Made by a program: the position numbers and the translations under genes
Notes under the pieces: model-generated
Databases searched by the model: none
The model's input: the letters and a program-made list of their open reading frames with translations, nothing else
Told to the model about the DNA's origin: nothing
Source of the DNA: Escherichia coli
GTDB lineage: Bacteria; Pseudomonadota; Gammaproteobacteria; Enterobacterales; Enterobacteriaceae
Assembly: GCF_003334765.1 (NCBI RefSeq)
Contig: NZ_QOWT01000007.1
DNA: 64,000 nt
Reading direction: 5' to 3' (one strand)
Shown here: piece after piece, positions 47,845 through 60,125 of the stretch
Layout: each line of letters begins with the position of its first letter
How positions within the stretch are numbered: position 1 is the stretch's first letter

Positions 47845-48863
47845 TGAACCAACGTAATGCTTCAATGACTGTGATCGGTGCCGGCTCGTACGGCACCGCT
47901 CTTGCCATTACCCTGGCAAGAAATGGCCACGAGGTTGTCCTCTGGGGCCATGACCCTGAACATATCGCAACGCTTGAACGCGACCGCTGTAACGCCGCGT
48001 TTCTCCCCGATGTGCCTTTTCCCGATACGCTCCATCTTGAAAGCGATCTCGCCACTGCGCTGGCAGCCAGCCGTAATATTCTCGTCGTCGTACCCAGCCA
48101 TGTCTTTGGTGAAGTGCTGCGCCAGATTAAACCGCTGATGCGTCCTGATGCGCGTCTGGTGTGGGCGACCAAAGGGCTGGAAGCGGAAACCGGGCGTCTG
48201 TTACAGGACGTGGCCCGCGAGGCGTTAGGCGATCAAATTCCGCTGGCGGTTATCTCTGGCCCAACGTTTGCGAAAGAACTGGCGGCAGGTTTACCGACAG
48301 CTATTTCGCTGGCCTCGACCGATCAGACCTTTGCTGATGATCTTCAGCAGCTGCTGCACTGCGGCAAAAGTTTCCGCGTTTACAGTAACCCGGATTTCAT
48401 TGGCGTGCAGCTTGGCGGCGCGGTGAAAAACGTCATTGCCATTGGTGCGGGGATGTCCGACGGTATCGGTTTTGGTGCGAATGCGCGTACGGCGCTGATC
48501 ACCCGTGGGCTGGCTGAAATGTCGCGTCTTGGCGCGGCGCTGGGTGCCGATCCTGCCACCTTTATGGGCATGGCGGGGCTGGGGGATCTGGTGCTTACCT
48601 GTACCGACAACCAGTCGCGTAACCGCCGTTTTGGCATGATGCTCGGTCAGGGCATGGATGTACAAAGCGCGCAGGAGAAGATTGGTCAGGTGGTGGAAGG
48701 CTACCGCAATACGAAAGAAGTCCGCGAACTGGCGCATCGCTTCGGCGTTGAAATGCCAATAACCGAGGAAATTTATCAAGTATTATATTGCGGAAAAAAC
48801 GCGCGCGAGGCAGCATTGACGTTATTAGGTCGTGCACGCAAGGACGAGCGCAGCAGCCACTAA
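47844..48863 (+). CDS. gpsA: NAD(P)H-dependent glycerol-3-phosphate dehydrogenase
   Basis: 339-aa [40 protein letters not shown]... Confidence 0.95.
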   Translation: MNQRNASMTVIGAGSYGTALAITLARNGHEVVLWGHDPEHIATLERDRCNAAFLPDVPFPDTLHLESDLATALAASRNILVVVPSHVFGEVLRQIKPLMRPDARLVWATKGLEAETGRLLQDVAREALGDQIPLAVISGPTFAKELAAGLPTAISLASTDQTFADDLQQLLHCGKSFRVYSNPDFIGVQLGGAVKNVIAIGAGMSDGIGFGANARTALITRGLAEMSRLGAALGADPATFMGMAGLGDLVLTCTDNQSRNRRFGMMLGQGMDVQSAQEKIGQVVEGYRNTKEVRELAHRFGVEMPITEEIYQVLYCGKNAREAALTLLGRARKDERSSH

Positions 48864-48942
48864 CCTCAGGGAACCTTTGTTACCGCTATGACCCGGCCCG
48901 CGCAGAACGGGCCGGTCATTATCTCATCGTGTGGAGTAAGCA

Positions 48943-49764
48943 ATGTCGTGTGAAGAACTGGAAATTGTCTGGAACAATATTAAAGCCGAAGCCAGAACGC
49001 TGGCGGACTGTGAGCCAATGCTGGCCAGTTTTTACCACGCGACGCTACTCAAACACGAAAACCTTGGCAGTGCACTGAGCTACATGCTGGCGAACAAGCT
49101 GTCATCGCCAATTATGCCTGCTATTGCTATCCGTGAAGTGGTGGAAGAAGCCTACGCCGCTGACCCGGAAATGATCGCCTCTGCGGCCTGTGATATTCAG
49201 GCGGTGCGTACCCGCGACCCGGCAGTCGATAAATACTCAACCCCGTTGTTATACCTGAAGGGTTTTCATGCCTTGCAGGCCTATCGCATCGGTCACTGGT
49301 TGTGGAATCAGGGGCGTCGCGCACTGGCAATCTTTCTGCAAAACCAGGTTTCTGTGACGTTCCAGGTCGATATTCACCCGGCAGCAAAAATTGGTCGCGG
49401 TATCATGCTTGACCACGCGACAGGCATCGTCGTTGGTGAAACGGCGGTGATTGAAAACGACGTATCGATTCTGCAATCTGTGACGCTTGGCGGTACGGGT
49501 AAATCTGGTGGTGACCGTCACCCGAAAATTCGTGAAGGTGTGATGATTGGCGCGGGCGCGAAAATCCTCGGCAATATTGAAGTTGGGCGCGGCGCGAAGA
49601 TTGGCGCAGGTTCCGTGGTGCTGCAACCGGTGCCGCCGCATACCACCGCCGCTGGCGTTCCGGCTCGTATTGTCGGTAAACCAGACAGCGATAAGCCATC
49701 AATGGATATGGACCAGCATTTCAACGGTATTAACCATACATTTGAGTATGGGGATGGGATCTAA
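48943..49764 (+). CDS. cysE: serine O-acetyltransferase
   Basis: 273-aa ORF MSCEELEIVWNNIKAEARTLADCEPMLASFYHATLLKHENL...; hexapeptide repeats. Confidence 0.95.
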   Translation: MSCEELEIVWNNIKAEARTLADCEPMLASFYHATLLKHENLGSALSYMLANKLSSPIMPAIAIREVVEEAYAADPEMIASAACDIQAVRTRDPAVDKYSTPLLYLKGFHALQAYRIGHWLWNQGRRALAIFLQNQVSVTFQVDIHPAAKIGRGIMLDHATGIVVGETAVIENDVSILQSVTLGGTGKSGGDRHPKIREGVMIGAGAKILGNIEVGRGAKIGAGSVVLQPVPPHTTAAGVPARIVGKPDSDKPSMDMDQHFNGINHTFEYGDGI

Positions 49765-49779
49765 TGTCCTGTGATCGTG

Positions 49780-49813
49780 CCGGATGCGATGTAATCATCT
49801 ATCCGGCCTACAG
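49780..49813. repeat. REP (palindromic unit) between cysE and trmL
   Basis: GCCGGATGCG...CCGGCCTAC-type imperfect palindrome. Confidence 0.6.
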
Positions 49814-49816
49814 TAA

Positions 49817-50290
49817 CTAATCTCTCAATACCGCTCCCGGATACCCCAACTGCCGCCAGGCTTCATACACCACTACCGACACCGCATTGGACAGATTCAT
49901 GCTGCGGCTGTCCGGCACCATCGGAATGCGAATTTTTTGTTCAGCGGGCAGGGCATCAAGAATGCTCGCTGGCAGGCCGCGTGTTTCCGGGCCGAACATC
50001 AGATAATCGCCATCCTGATAGCTTACGGCGCTGTGAGCAGGTGTACCTTTCGTGGTGAGGGCGAACAGGCGCTGGGGATTTTCTGCTTCGAGGAACGCGC
50101 GATAGTCATGATGACGCGTAACGGCGGTAAACTCGTGATAGTCCAGCCCCGCGCGGCGCAGGCGCTTATCGTCCCAGGCAAATCCCATCGGTTCGATGAT
50201 ATGCAGACGAAAGCCGGTATTAGCGCAAAGACGGATGATGTTGCCAGTATTTGGCGGAATTTCTGGTTCGTAAAGTACGATGTTTAGCAT
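49817..50290 (-). CDS. trmL: tRNA (cytidine/uridine-2'-O)-methyltransferase TrmL
   Basis: 157-aa SpoU-family [44 protein letters not shown]... Confidence 0.9.
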   Translation of the reverse strand: MLNIVLYEPEIPPNTGNIIRLCANTGFRLHIIEPMGFAWDDKRLRRAGLDYHEFTAVTRHHDYRAFLEAENPQRLFALTTKGTPAHSAVSYQDGDYLMFGPETRGLPASILDALPAEQKIRIPMVPDSRSMNLSNAVSVVVYEAWRQLGYPGAVLRD

Positions 50291-50487
50291 ACTGCCCCCT
50301 TAGTGCGGGGGCAGGATAGCAGAAAATTGGTGAGCAGTGCGGCCTTTTCCCCTCACCCCGGCCCTCTCCCCGGAGGGGCGAGGGAGAAAAAAAGAGTGCG
50401 GTGTCGTTTCAGAGTGAGGGAGTACATACAGCGCCGAACGGTCCCCTCTCCCTGAGGGAGAGGGTTAGGGTGAGGGGGCGCAAACGA
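50291..50487. repeat. cluster of GC-rich palindromic repeats (box C-like CCCTCACCC/CTCTCC...GGAGAGG arms) between trmL and lldD
   Basis: Two imperfect palindromes (cccctcaccccggccctctccccggaggggcgagggag and cccctctccctgagggagagggttagggtgaggggg); the same arm motif recurs at 57107-57165 and 57275-57308. Confidence 0.7.
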
Positions 50488-51678
50488 CTATGCCGCATTC
50501 CCTTTCGCCATGGGAGCCAGTGCCGCAGGCAACTCTTTACCCAGCCCCTGCACCAGCGAATCTTGCGTAATTTCGCTGATCGATTTCGCGCCAGTCAGCG
50601 TCATCGCCACTTTCATCTCTTTTTCGATCAGATTTAGCAGGTTAGCTACACCCGCCTGGCCCGCTGTTGCCAGCGCATACAAGAAAGCACGACCCAGCAG
50701 TACGGTATCGGCACCGAGCGCAATCATACGCACGACATCAAGCCCGTTACGAATTCCGCTATCCGCCAGAATGGCTATATCACCTTTCACCGCATCTGCA
50801 ATAGCAGGCAGTGCACGGGCGGAAGAGAGTACACCGTCCAGCTGGCGGCCACCGTGGTTAGAAACCACAATTCCATCAGCACCAAAACGTACTGCATCGC
50901 GCGCATCTTCCGGATCGAGGATCCCTTTGATCACCATCGGGCCATCCCAGAAATCGCGGATCCATTCAAGGTCTTTCCATGAGATGGACGGATCGAAGTT
51001 ATTCCCCAGCCAGCCGATGTAATCTTCCAGTCCGGTCGGTTTGCCGAGATAAGCTGAGATATTACCTAAATCATGTGGACGACCGTTCAGGCCCACATCC
51101 CACGCCCATTGCGGATGTGTCACCGCTTGCAAGTAGCGGCGCATTGCCGCGTTCGGGCCGCTCATACCTGAATGCGCATCACGGTAGCGTGCGCCCGGTG
51201 TCGGCATATCCACGGTGAAAACCAGCGTCGAACAACCCGCTGCTTTTGCTCGCTCCAGCGCGTTACGCATAAAGCCGCGATCGCGCAGTACATAAAGCTG
51301 GAACCACATTGGGCGCTTGATGGCTGGCGCGACTTCTTCAATCGGGCAAACGGAAACCGTCGAGAGAGTAAACGGAATACCATGCGCGTCCGCCGCTTTG
51401 GCTGCCTGAACTTCGCCACGACGCGCATACATGCCACACAAACCCACCGGAGCCAGTGCCACCGGCATCGACAATTTCTCATTAAACAGCGTCGTTTCCA
51501 GGCTTAAGTCGGACATGTTTTTCAGAATACGCTGGCGCAGCGCCACTTCTGACAAATCTTCCACGTTGCGGCGCAGCGTGTATTCAGAATATGCACCACC
51601 ATCCATATAGTGGAACAGGAACGGCGGCAGAATGCGTTGCGCTGCGGCGCGATAATCGCTGGCTGCGGAAATAATCAT
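50488..51678 (-). CDS. lldD: FMN-dependent L-lactate dehydrogenase
   Basis: 396-aa [45 protein letters not shown]... Confidence 0.95.
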
Positions 51679-52451
51679 GCGTTTTTCTCCCTCGAATGCT
51701 CATTATGCTCACCGGGCAGGCGGGTAATCCGTGCGTGGCGAGCCTGATCTTCATCGAATCGTTTCATGGTGGTGTGAACAAAACTAAGGTGCGCCATCAT
51801 TGCTTTACGCGCCCCGTCAGCATCACCGGCAAAAATGGCGTCAATGACAGCCTGATGTTGTTCGGTCAGTTGTGAAAAAACCGGTGGCACCAGATACATC
51901 CGCTGACGGCTATGCTTCACTGAGGATTGCAGGACATCGAAGAAACCGCGCATGGTTTGCAGCAGCACGATGTTATGTGAGGCTTCGGCAATCGCCAGAT
52001 GAAAACGAACGTCCGCTTGTGAGGCGATATCCGGGTCTTCACTTAGCGTTGCTTCAAAGCAAAGCTGAATCTTTTCTTTGTCGCCAGGTGTGGCGCGCAT
52101 TGCCGCATGCCATGCGGTGCTGGCTTCAATGGCGTAGCGGGCTTCCAGAATATCGAAACTGTAATCCGGATCATCGGCCATCAGTGTTTTTAGCGGCTGG
52201 ACGATGTTTTGCTCCGACCATGTGTCATGACGCCAGCGAATAAACGTCCCGCCGCCGCGTCGACTGAGCAGCACGCCTTCACTCACCAGTTTTGCCAGCG
52301 CCTCGCGCAGTGAATTACGTGATACGCCGAGTTGCATCGCCAGTTGGCGCTCAGCGGGCAACTTCATGCCCGCTTCCAGGTTTTTTTCATCAATCAGCGC
52401 CCGCACACGATCGGCAACCTCGTCTGACAGGCGTCTGGGTAAAACAATCAT
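51675..52451 (-). CDS. lldR: GntR/FadR-family regulator of the lld operon
   Basis: 258 aa from internal Met [52 protein letters not shown]; start overlaps the lldP stop (TAATG). Confidence 0.9.
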
Positions 52452-54106
52452 TAAGGAATCATCCACGTTAAGACATAAGCCTGAAGCGTGGTGATCACGC
52501 CCACTATACAGGTGAAGATCAGGCTGTGTTTGACAGTAAAGCGGAACAAATCAGACTCTTTGCCCACCAGGCCTACCGCCGCACAGGCGATAGCGATAGA
52601 TTGCGGGGAGATCATCTTACCGGTGACGCCACCGGTGGTATTGGCGGCAACCAGCAACAGATCAGAGACGCCAATTTGTTGTGCTGCGGTGGCTTGCAGC
52701 GCGGCGAACAGGGCGTTAGATGAGGTATCCGACCCGGTCAGGAATACCCCCAGCCAGCCGAGGAACGGCGAGAAGAAGGTGAATGCATGACCGGTGTGCG
52801 CCAGTGCCAGCGCCAGTGTTGATGACAGTCCGGAATAGTTCGAAATAAAGGCGAATGCCAGCACCATACCGATGGAGTAGATGGGCAGAGCCAGTTCTTT
52901 CAGCGTGCTGCCGAAGGTGCTGATAGCGTCAGACGGTTTCATCTTCAGCCAGACAATCGAGAGCAGTGCAGCAAACAGAATGGCGGTGCCGGTGGCAGAG
53001 AACCAGTCAAACTTAAACACGGCGGCATAGGCTGTAGCCTCGCTGACCACTGGCGGCATACGGGCAACCAGTTTATCGAGGTACGGCACCGGAATATTGA
53101 TCACCCACTCATACAGCGCGCCACCCGATGCGAACAGGGCTTTAAACGGCGGGATACTCCACAGTGTTACGGTAGCTGTCAGGAACAGGAACGGTGTCCA
53201 GGCACGTAACACCTGACCCGCAGTGTAACCGGTGTGGGCCAGCGTCATATCAACCTGTGACGCCCCCAAATCACCAAAACGGAATACACGCACTGGCTGC
53301 CAGCGTTTGAGGAACAGCGTCAGGCAGAGCAGTGATACCAGCGAAGAGATAATGTCCGGCAGCTCCGGCCCAATGAAGTTAGAGCTAAGGTACTGAGCGA
53401 TGGCAAACGAGCCGCCCGCAACCACGACCGCAGGCCACGTCTCTTTGATACCGCGCCAGCCGTCCATAATCGCCATGATCCAGAACAGCACGATAATGGT
53501 CATAAACGGTAGCTGCCGCCCCACCATCTGACCAATCTCAAAGCTGTCGATACCTGTTACCTGTCCGGCAACCAGGATTGGAATGCCCATCGCACCAAAT
53601 GCCACTGGCGCGGTGTTAACAATCAGGCACAGCCCGGCGGCGTACAGCGGTTTAAAACCCAGGCCGACCAGCAATGCGGCGGTAATTGCTACCGGTGCGC
53701 CAAAGCCTGCGGCTCCTTCAAGGAACGCGCCGAAACAGAAACCGACGATCAGCATTTGCAGACGCTGGTCAGGGGTTATCGAAAGAATAGACGAGCGAAT
53801 GATGTCAAACTGCCCGGTTTTCACCGAGATCTTATAGACGAACACCGCTGCAATAATGATCCACGCGATGGGCCACAACCCGTAGAAGAAACCATAAACC
53901 ACCGAGGCCAGCGCGTTAGCGACCGGCATTTTATAGAACAGCAAAGCCACGGCAAGGGCGATTGCCACCGTCCACGAGGCGGCGACGTATCCTTTCAGTT
54001 TGAGCTTAATCAGCGCAAAGAAGAAAAACAGGATGGGAAGCGATGCTATCAGACTGGAAAGCCAGATATTCCCGGCGGGATCGTAGTTTTGTTGCCAGAG
54101 ATTCAT
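52451..54106 (-). CDS. lldP: L-lactate permease
   Basis: 551 aa from internal Met [40 protein letters not shown]...; polytopic. Confidence 0.9.
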   Translation of the reverse strand: MNLWQQNYDPAGNIWLSSLIASLPILFFFFALIKLKLKGYVAASWTVAIALAVALLFYKMPVANALASVVYGFFYGLWPIAWIIIAAVFVYKISVKTGQFDIIRSSILSITPDQRLQMLIVGFCFGAFLEGAAGFGAPVAITAALLVGLGFKPLYAAGLCLIVNTAPVAFGAMGIPILVAGQVTGIDSFEIGQMVGRQLPFMTIIVLFWIMAIMDGWRGIKETWPAVVVAGGSFAIAQYLSSNFIGPELPDIISSLVSLLCLTLFLKRWQPVRVFRFGDLGASQVDMTLAHTGYTAGQVLRAWTPFLFLTATVTLWSIPPFKALFASGGALYEWVINIPVPYLDKLVARMPPVVSEATAYAAVFKFDWFSATGTAILFAALLSIVWLKMKPSDAISTFGSTLKELALPIYSIGMVLAFAFISNYSGLSSTLALALAHTGHAFTFFSPFLGWLGVFLTGSDTSSNALFAALQATAAQQIGVSDLLLVAANTTGGVTGKMISPQSIAIACAAVGLVGKESDLFRFTVKHSLIFTCIVGVITTLQAYVLTWMIP

Positions 54107-54394
54107 TGCAGGTCTCCTGGAGTCCACGCACATCGTGTAATGAGTCTGTTGCTCATCTCCTTGTCACACGTTGTGTAAAAGTGGCACTGCCAATTGTGTT
54201 GTGTAGGGATAATGACAATGAATGGTTAACTAAATGTTATGTATTGGCAACATTGATGTGAGTTTTAATTGGGAAATTGTGAACCAGAGGTCAGATAAGC
54301 GAAGAATTGGTAGGGCCAATTCTTGTGGGGGGAGATGTCTGGTAAAGAAAAGGGCAATCCTCATCAGAGAATTGCCCTTAGGTTGTTGATCCAG

Positions 54395-54447
54395 AGCGCC
54401 TTATCTTGCCGGATGCGGCGTGAACACCTTACTCGGCCTATAGGAAT
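54395..54447. repeat. REP element downstream of yibL
   Basis: gcgccttatcttGCCGGATGCGGCGTGAACACCTTACTCGGCCTAtagg, REP palindromic-unit signature. Confidence 0.6.
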
Positions 54448-54477
54448 GTGCAGAATCACCCTGTAGATACTGTGTTC

Positions 54478-54840
54478 TTAAAACGCGGTCTTTGAAAACC
54501 CAGTCATCTCCTGCAGGCCCATTTCGCGGCCCAGTGCGGTCATTGGGTGCACAACGACCAGTCCGCAAACACTTTTCTTCAGCTTGCCCATATCAGCCTG
54601 CTCTTTTTTGGTAATTGCGCGCTGGAATGGCATCTTCATCAGCTTCTGTGCTTCTTTACTCAGTTTTTGGCTATGAACTTCACGCAGGCGAGCAATTTCT
54701 GCTTCCAGCGTGGCTTTCTCTTTTTCCAGCTCGGCATATTTGTCTGCGGCTTCAACCAGCGAAAGATCGGCCTGCTGGTGGCGGATGGCGTCCAGGCGAT
54801 CGCTGAGACGTTTGATTTCGTTTTTTTCGACTTCTTTCAT
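54478..54840 (-). CDS. yibL: uncharacterised ribosome-associated protein YibL
   Basis: 120-aa [58 protein letters not shown]... Confidence 0.8.
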   Translation of the reverse strand: MKEVEKNEIKRLSDRLDAIRHQQADLSLVEAADKYAELEKEKATLEAEIARLREVHSQKLSKEAQKLMKMPFQRAITKKEQADMGKLKKSVCGLVVVHPMTALGREMGLQEMTGFSKTAF

Positions 54841-55124
54841 GTGATGGCTTCTGATAAAGATAAATTTATAGCCCCTAGTATGCGCGACCAGGTGCTTTGT
54901 TCACAACTAATGACATTGTAATAGTTCTGTAACGTAATCATTAACATGCTCAAAAACTACGCAATTCGTTGATTAATTAAGAAATCTATAGAAAAAAGAT
55001 AATAAACAGCAGCGGATGATTATTGAGGATTCAGCACGTTTTCCTTAATGTCATCTTTACCGGGAACCTAAACTAAAATTGGCGGCCGCGCATTCCCGGC
55101 GCGGGGTAATACGGAGATATCATC

Positions 55125-55334
55125 ATGGGCAAATTAGGTGAAAACGTTCCGCTTCTTATCGATAAAGCCGTAGATTTCATGGCATCAAGCCAGGCGTTCC
55201 GGGAGTATCTGAAAAAACTTCCTCCCCGTAACGCGATTCCGTCCGGAATACCCGATGAAAGCGTGCCGTTATATCTACAACGTCTGGAGTATTATCGTCG
55301 GCTTTATCGGCCGAAGCAGGTAGAGGGGCAGTAA
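55125..55334 (+). CDS. yibT: small uncharacterised protein YibT
   Basis: 69-aa [44 protein letters not shown]...; synteny between yibL and mtlR. Confidence 0.65.
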
Positions 55335-55345
55335 GCAGACGTTGC

Positions 55346-55933
55346 TTACTTTTGAAAGGCTTTTTTTAAGCTGATTTTGGAAATCAGCTCAGTCAGTGAA
55401 AGGACCATTGTTGATCGCACAGCCTGTTGATAGCGCTGAATTTGCATTGCATACAAACTGGAGTCTGCTGGTTCAAACTGTGGCGGCGGTGGTAACGCCG
55501 CCACGCAGTGCAGTTCACCAAAGGGTCCAAGGATTTCGTCGTCGGTAAAGGCGTACTCGTTGCCGTCGTGATTTAGCTCTTCACGCAATGCCATCAGCAG
55601 TTCCGCATCTTCGTATTCCTGGCGGTTAATGACGCCCAACCCGTAAATGAGTTTTAAACGCACAGAAAGATCGCCCAGCGGACCATCGCCGTCGAGTAAC
55701 GGTTCTACAGCATACTTCACCGCGTAATCGTCTTTGCGGAATACCTGAAGCACCAGAAGATTTACCGCCTCGGTCAGGAGCTCGACGGCGGTGATCAGAA
55801 AGCTTCGCACGGTTTTGCCAGCATTCAGACGCTCAAGCACACGGTTTTCAAAGGCCTGGGTTTGTTCCATTGTTGCCTGCATATCTGACAATCTGTTATT
55901 CGGGCGCAGGGTGTCCTGCGCCTGGTCCACCAT
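55346..55933 (-). CDS. mtlR: mannitol operon repressor
   Basis: 195-aa [45 protein letters not shown]... Confidence 0.9.
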   Translation of the reverse strand: MVDQAQDTLRPNNRLSDMQATMEQTQAFENRVLERLNAGKTVRSFLITAVELLTEAVNLLVLQVFRKDDYAVKYAVEPLLDGDGPLGDLSVRLKLIYGLGVINRQEYEDAELLMALREELNHDGNEYAFTDDEILGPFGELHCVAALPPPPQFEPADSSLYAMQIQRYQQAVRSTMVLSLTELISKISLKKAFQK

Positions 55934-57081
55934 TATTGCATTGCTTTATAAGCGGTTACCGCCTCGGATACAACCTCGCTGTTGGCATCAAGACCGGAAA
56001 TCTGTGCCAGCGCCGCCTGCGGACCTTTGTCAGCGATCAGTGCTGCCAGTTCCTGAGCCTGCGGATCATCTTCACTGCGGAAGTGCATTGCAGCGGCAAT
56101 ACCTTCAATCAGGTTTTTATGTGGCAGACCATATTCCAGCGTACCGAGCAGTGGCTTGATCAGACGGTCGCCAGCACTCAGTTTACGCAGTGGCTGACGG
56201 CCTACGCGCTCTACATCATCTTTCAGATACGGGTTCTCAAAACGGCCGAGAATTTTCTGGATGTACGCCGCATGCTTGTCAGCGTCAAAGCCGTAGCGCT
56301 TGATCAATACTGCACCACTTTCTTCCATCGCACCTTTTACCACCGCGCGGATTTTCTCGTCGAGAATCGCGTCACGAATGGTCTGATGACCGGCCAGTTT
56401 TCCGAGGTACGCGGTTATAGCATGACCCGTGTTCAGGGTGAAGAGTTTACGTTCGACAAATGCCATCAGGTTGTCGGTTAACTCCATGCCTGGGATGTTC
56501 GACAGTGCGCCTTTGAACTGCGTTTTATCGACAATCCATTCGCTGAAGGTTTCTACCGTCACTTCCAGCGGATCGTTAGTTGCCGAAGCCGAAGGCGGTA
56601 CGATGCGGTCAACGGCGGAATCGACAAAGCCAACGTGTTCTTCTACCCACGCTTTGGCGTCTTCCGGCAGGGCGTTCATCACATGGCCTTTCAGCTGCGT
56701 GGTACCGCGTACCATGTTTTCACAGGCGATGATGTTCAGCGGGGATTCATTACCTTGTTCTTTACGTTTCACCAGCCCTTTGGCGATTGCCGGAGCAATA
56801 CGTTCCAGCACAACCGGGCCAACGGCGGTAGTGACTAAATCAACCTGAGCAATCAGATCAACGACATCATCACCAATGCTGCTGACAGCATTGACGCCGG
56901 AAACGGTATCTACCTGCTCGGTTTCACCAACCACATGTACCTGATAGCTATGACGGGCATTCAGGGCATCAAGTACCACCTGATTGACATCGGCAAACGT
57001 CAGTTGGATACCCGCGTCTGCCAGCAGTTTACCGATAAAGCCACGACCGATATTACCTGCGCCAAAATGTAATGCTTTCAT
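55933..57081 (-). CDS. mtlD: mannitol-1-phosphate 5-dehydrogenase
   Basis: 382 aa from ATG 57081 ([24 protein letters not shown]...); the longer tool ORF reads through the REP region upstream. Confidence 0.95.
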   Translation of the reverse strand: MKALHFGAGNIGRGFIGKLLADAGIQLTFADVNQVVLDALNARHSYQVHVVGETEQVDTVSGVNAVSSIGDDVVDLIAQVDLVTTAVGPVVLERIAPAIAKGLVKRKEQGNESPLNIIACENMVRGTTQLKGHVMNALPEDAKAWVEEHVGFVDSAVDRIVPPSASATNDPLEVTVETFSEWIVDKTQFKGALSNIPGMELTDNLMAFVERKLFTLNTGHAITAYLGKLAGHQTIRDAILDEKIRAVVKGAMEESGAVLIKRYGFDADKHAAYIQKILGRFENPYLKDDVERVGRQPLRKLSAGDRLIKPLLGTLEYGLPHKNLIEGIAAAMHFRSEDDPQAQELAALIADKGPQAALAQISGLDANSEVVSEAVTAYKAMQ

Positions 57082-57106
57082 AGTATTAACCTTCATCAAT
57101 GTTTTT

Positions 57107-57308
57107 ACCCGAGAGGGCTGGGGTGAGGCTTTTCCCTCACCCAAACCCTCTCCGTGAGGAGAGGGGCAGCGCCGGATGCGGCGTAAGCGCCTTATCCGGC
57201 CTACAAGAACGTGCAAATTCAACAAATTGTGATGCATCCTGTAGGCCTGATAAGCGTAGCGCATCAGGCAATTAACCCCACCTTCTCCATGTGGAGAGGG
57301 TGGGATTG
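57107..57308. repeat. BIME-type cluster: two inverted REP units (57171-57204, 57237-57270) flanked by box C-like palindromes, between mtlA and mtlD
   Basis: GCCGGATGCGGCGTAAGCGCCTTATCCGGCCTACA and inverted TGTAGGCCTGATAAGCGTAGCGCATCAGGCA; flanks gggtgaggcttttccctcacccaaaccctctccgtgaggagagggg and ccccaccttctccatgtggagagggtggg. Confidence 0.8.
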
Positions 57309-57310
57309 GA

Positions 57311-59224
57311 TTACTTACGACCTGCCAGCAGTTCCAGCACTTCATCCACGCTGGTGGTGTGTGCCAGACGCTCGATGACGGACTCATCATCCAGTGCATT
57401 GGTCAGGCTGGTGATAACCTGAATGTGCTCGTTGTTACGGGCAGCAATACCAATCACCAGACGGGCAATGTCATCTTCTTCTTCACCGAAGCGCACGCCT
57501 TCCGGGTACTGGCAGAACACGACGCCCGTTTTCAGTACGCGATCTTTCGCTTCAACCGTACCGTGTGGCACCGCGATAGACTCACCCAGATAAGTCGGGG
57601 TCAGTTTTTCACGATCCAGCATCGCCTGAACGTATTCCGGCTCAACGTAACCGCCTTTCACCAGCTGCTCGCCAGCAAAACGAATCGCTTCTTCTTTGGT
57701 TGCCGCTTTGCGACCGAGGAAGATGTTCTCCGCGCCTAGCTTGAACAGGTTAGCACTGGAATCGTCAAAGCTGTCTTTCAGGCTGTCTTTTACTTTCTCT
57801 TCGTTTGCCGTGTGGCGTTGGGCAGCAACCAGACGTTCGGTCAGGCTGGTGTACAGGCCGCTGTCGAGGAAGTTGGTCAGCGAAATATGCTGTGCCTGCG
57901 GAACCTGGCGCATAGCGCGTTCGGTCAGGTCACGGTGAGTGATGACGAGGTCCACATCTGGCGGCAGGTTGTTGATCGCGCTGTTAGTAACAGAAATCTG
58001 CGACAGACCTGCATCCTGAATTTTCTTACGCAGAACGCCTGCGCCCATCGCACTGGAACCCATACCGGCGTCACAGGCAACGATGATTTTACGTACGTGG
58101 CTCAGGTCGTTAGTCACATCGCCAGCAGACAGCGGAGATGCGCCTTTAGACTCAGCTTTCATGTCCTGCATACGACGAGTTGCTGCTTCAATATCATCTT
58201 CTTCTTTCACTTTGCTGGTTTTCAGCAAAATAGCAGAGACAACGAAGGAGACAGCCATCGCCGCACACACACCCGCGATGTTAGCGAAGTAAGCACCTTT
58301 TGGTGTCATCGCCAGTACAGCAAGGATAGAACCCGGAGATGCCGGAGAAACCAGACCACCGCCCAGGATAGTCAGCGTGAACACGCCAGTCATACCGCCG
58401 AGGATGACTGCGAGGATCAGACGCGGATTCATCAGCACATACGGGAAGTAGATTTCGTGGATACCCCCCAGGAAGTGGATGATTGCCGCACCGCCCGCAG
58501 ACTGTTTAGCGCTACCACGACCAAAGAACATGTACGCCAGCAGCACGCCCATACCTGGACCTGGGTTAGCTTCAATCAGGAAGAAGATTGATTTACCCAG
58601 TTCATGGGACTGCTGAATACCCAGCGGCGAGAAGATACCGTGGTTAATGGCGTTGTTGAGGAACAGGATTTTCGCCGGTTCAACAAAGATAGACGCCAGC
58701 GGCAGCATGTCATGGACAACCATGAAGTTAACGCCCGCAGCCAGCATTTTGGACAGGGCTTCAACAATCGGGCCAATGCCGAGGAATGCCAGAATAGCGA
58801 GGATCATCCCGATGATGCCTGCGGAGAAGTTATTCACCAGCATCTCAAAACCGGATTTGATCTTACCGTCTACCCAGCGGTCGAAGTGCTTAATGCACCA
58901 GCCGCCCAGCGGACCTGCAATCATAGAACCGAGGAACATCGGCATGTCTGCGCCGACGATAACGCCCATGGTGGTGATGGCACCGACTACGCCGCCACGT
59001 TCGCCGCCTACCAGCTTACCACCGGTATAACCGATCAGCAGCGGCAGGAGATAAGTGATCATCGGCCCGACCAGCTTCGCCAGCGTCTCGTTCGGTAACC
59101 ACCCTGTTGGAATAAATAACGCGGTGATGATACCCCACGCGATAAACGCGCCGATATTTGGCATCACCATGTTGCTGAGGAAACGACCAAAGCTTTGCAC
59201 TTTGATCTTAATATCGGATGACAT
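57311..59224 (-). CDS. mtlA: PTS mannitol-specific EIICBA component
   Basis: 637-aa [42 protein letters not shown]... Confidence 0.95.
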   Translation of the reverse strand: MSSDIKIKVQSFGRFLSNMVMPNIGAFIAWGIITALFIPTGWLPNETLAKLVGPMITYLLPLLIGYTGGKLVGGERGGVVGAITTMGVIVGADMPMFLGSMIAGPLGGWCIKHFDRWVDGKIKSGFEMLVNNFSAGIIGMILAILAFLGIGPIVEALSKMLAAGVNFMVVHDMLPLASIFVEPAKILFLNNAINHGIFSPLGIQQSHELGKSIFFLIEANPGPGMGVLLAYMFFGRGSAKQSAGGAAIIHFLGGIHEIYFPYVLMNPRLILAVILGGMTGVFTLTILGGGLVSPASPGSILAVLAMTPKGAYFANIAGVCAAMAVSFVVSAILLKTSKVKEEDDIEAATRRMQDMKAESKGASPLSAGDVTNDLSHVRKIIVACDAGMGSSAMGAGVLRKKIQDAGLSQISVTNSAINNLPPDVDLVITHRDLTERAMRQVPQAQHISLTNFLDSGLYTSLTERLVAAQRHTANEEKVKDSLKDSFDDSSANLFKLGAENIFLGRKAATKEEAIRFAGEQLVKGGYVEPEYVQAMLDREKLTPTYLGESIAVPHGTVEAKDRVLKTGVVFCQYPEGVRFGEEEDDIARLVIGIAARNNEHIQVITSLTNALDDESVIERLAHTTSVDEVLELLAGRK

Positions 59225-59367
59225 AAAAACACCCCTTCTTATGTTTGCTGTCGCGCAGGCTGGAAGCCCGAGGTTTTTTGTTAATGTGGCGGCAGAGGTA
59301 GCCGGACCTTGTAGATACTGCGAAATCTGGCACTGAATCGGTTAACTGTCCAGTCGACGGCCTTTTG

Positions 59368-59544
59368 TGTGATATCAATCACATAAATATAGGGGGTAGA
59401 GAGGTAATTGACGTGACGTTCATCACAAAACGCTTGTGTAAAAAAGCAACAAGGCGGCGATTTTCGCTAAAAATGGCATTTAAATGTGAGTAGTGTCACA
59501 TTTTTGTTTTGATGGTTTGTTGAATCTTTGTGATCTGAATCACA
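59368..59544 (-). promoter_or_regulatory. mtlA promoter region with several CRP-like sites (TGTGA-N6-TCACA)
   Basis: Sites at 59368-59383 (tgtgatatcaatcaca), 59485-59500 (tgtgagtagtgtcaca), 59529-59544 (tgtgatctgaatcaca), plus a weaker gtgacgttcatcaca at about 59411-59426, all upstream of mtlA. Confidence 0.7.
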
Positions 59545-59760
59545 AGATATTTTCTTACGGCGTTCACCTGATGTGATCTACAGCATGTTATGCCTTCGTC
59601 ATACAATCGTTATGTAACTAAGCAACTCATCACCTCTAAAAATTATTCTTTGGTGTTATGGCGAGAATCGCGAACCCGGATTATTGTCAAAATATCAGCC
59701 TGACTCCCTTCTGGCTGCCAGCCCAAAAACAACACTGATAAACGTGAATCCGAGGCAGAT

Positions 59761-60123
59761 ATGTTTCTAAACTATTTCGCGTTGGGAGTGCTGATCTTCG
59801 TCTTTCTGGTGATTTTTTATGGAATCATCGCGATACATGACATCCCTTATCTGATTGCCAAAAAGCGCAACCATCCCCATGCCGACGCTATTCATACGGC
59901 GGGCTGGGTGAGCCTGTTTACTCTGCATGTTATCTGGCCGTTTCTGTGGATCTGGGCGACGCTCTATCAACCGGAGCGTGGCTGGGGTATGCAGTCACAT
60001 GTTGCGTCGCAGGAGAAAGCGACTGACCCGGAAATCGCCGCACTTTCTGACCGAATTTCCCGGCTGGAGCATCAACTCGCCGCCGAGAAAAAGACTGACT
60101 ATTCCACGTTCCCGGAGATCTAA
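59761..60123 (+). CDS. yibI: small inner-membrane protein YibI
   Basis: 120-aa [60 protein letters not shown]... Confidence 0.8.
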   Translation: MFLNYFALGVLIFVFLVIFYGIIAIHDIPYLIAKKRNHPHADAIHTAGWVSLFTLHVIWPFLWIWATLYQPERGWGMQSHVASQEKATDPEIAALSDRISRLEHQLAAEKKTDYSTFPEI

Positions 60124-60125
60124 TT

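Noticed and set aside
50290-50487. Possible CRISPR-like array, because of repeated GC-rich units
   Set aside because: The units are imperfect palindromes of varying length without regular repeat-spacer periodicity; they match REP/box C-type extragenic repeats.
55870-57399. Extended 488-aa mtlD ORF and overlapping 203-aa plus-strand ORF
   Set aside because: The long form reads through the REP/BIME cluster; the true start is the ATG at 57081 giving 382 aa. The plus-strand ORF is antisense to mtlD.
57812-59098. Plus-strand ORFs of 259, 164 and 127 aa inside mtlA
   Set aside because: Antisense shadow ORFs within the PTS mannitol gene; R/H-rich translations.
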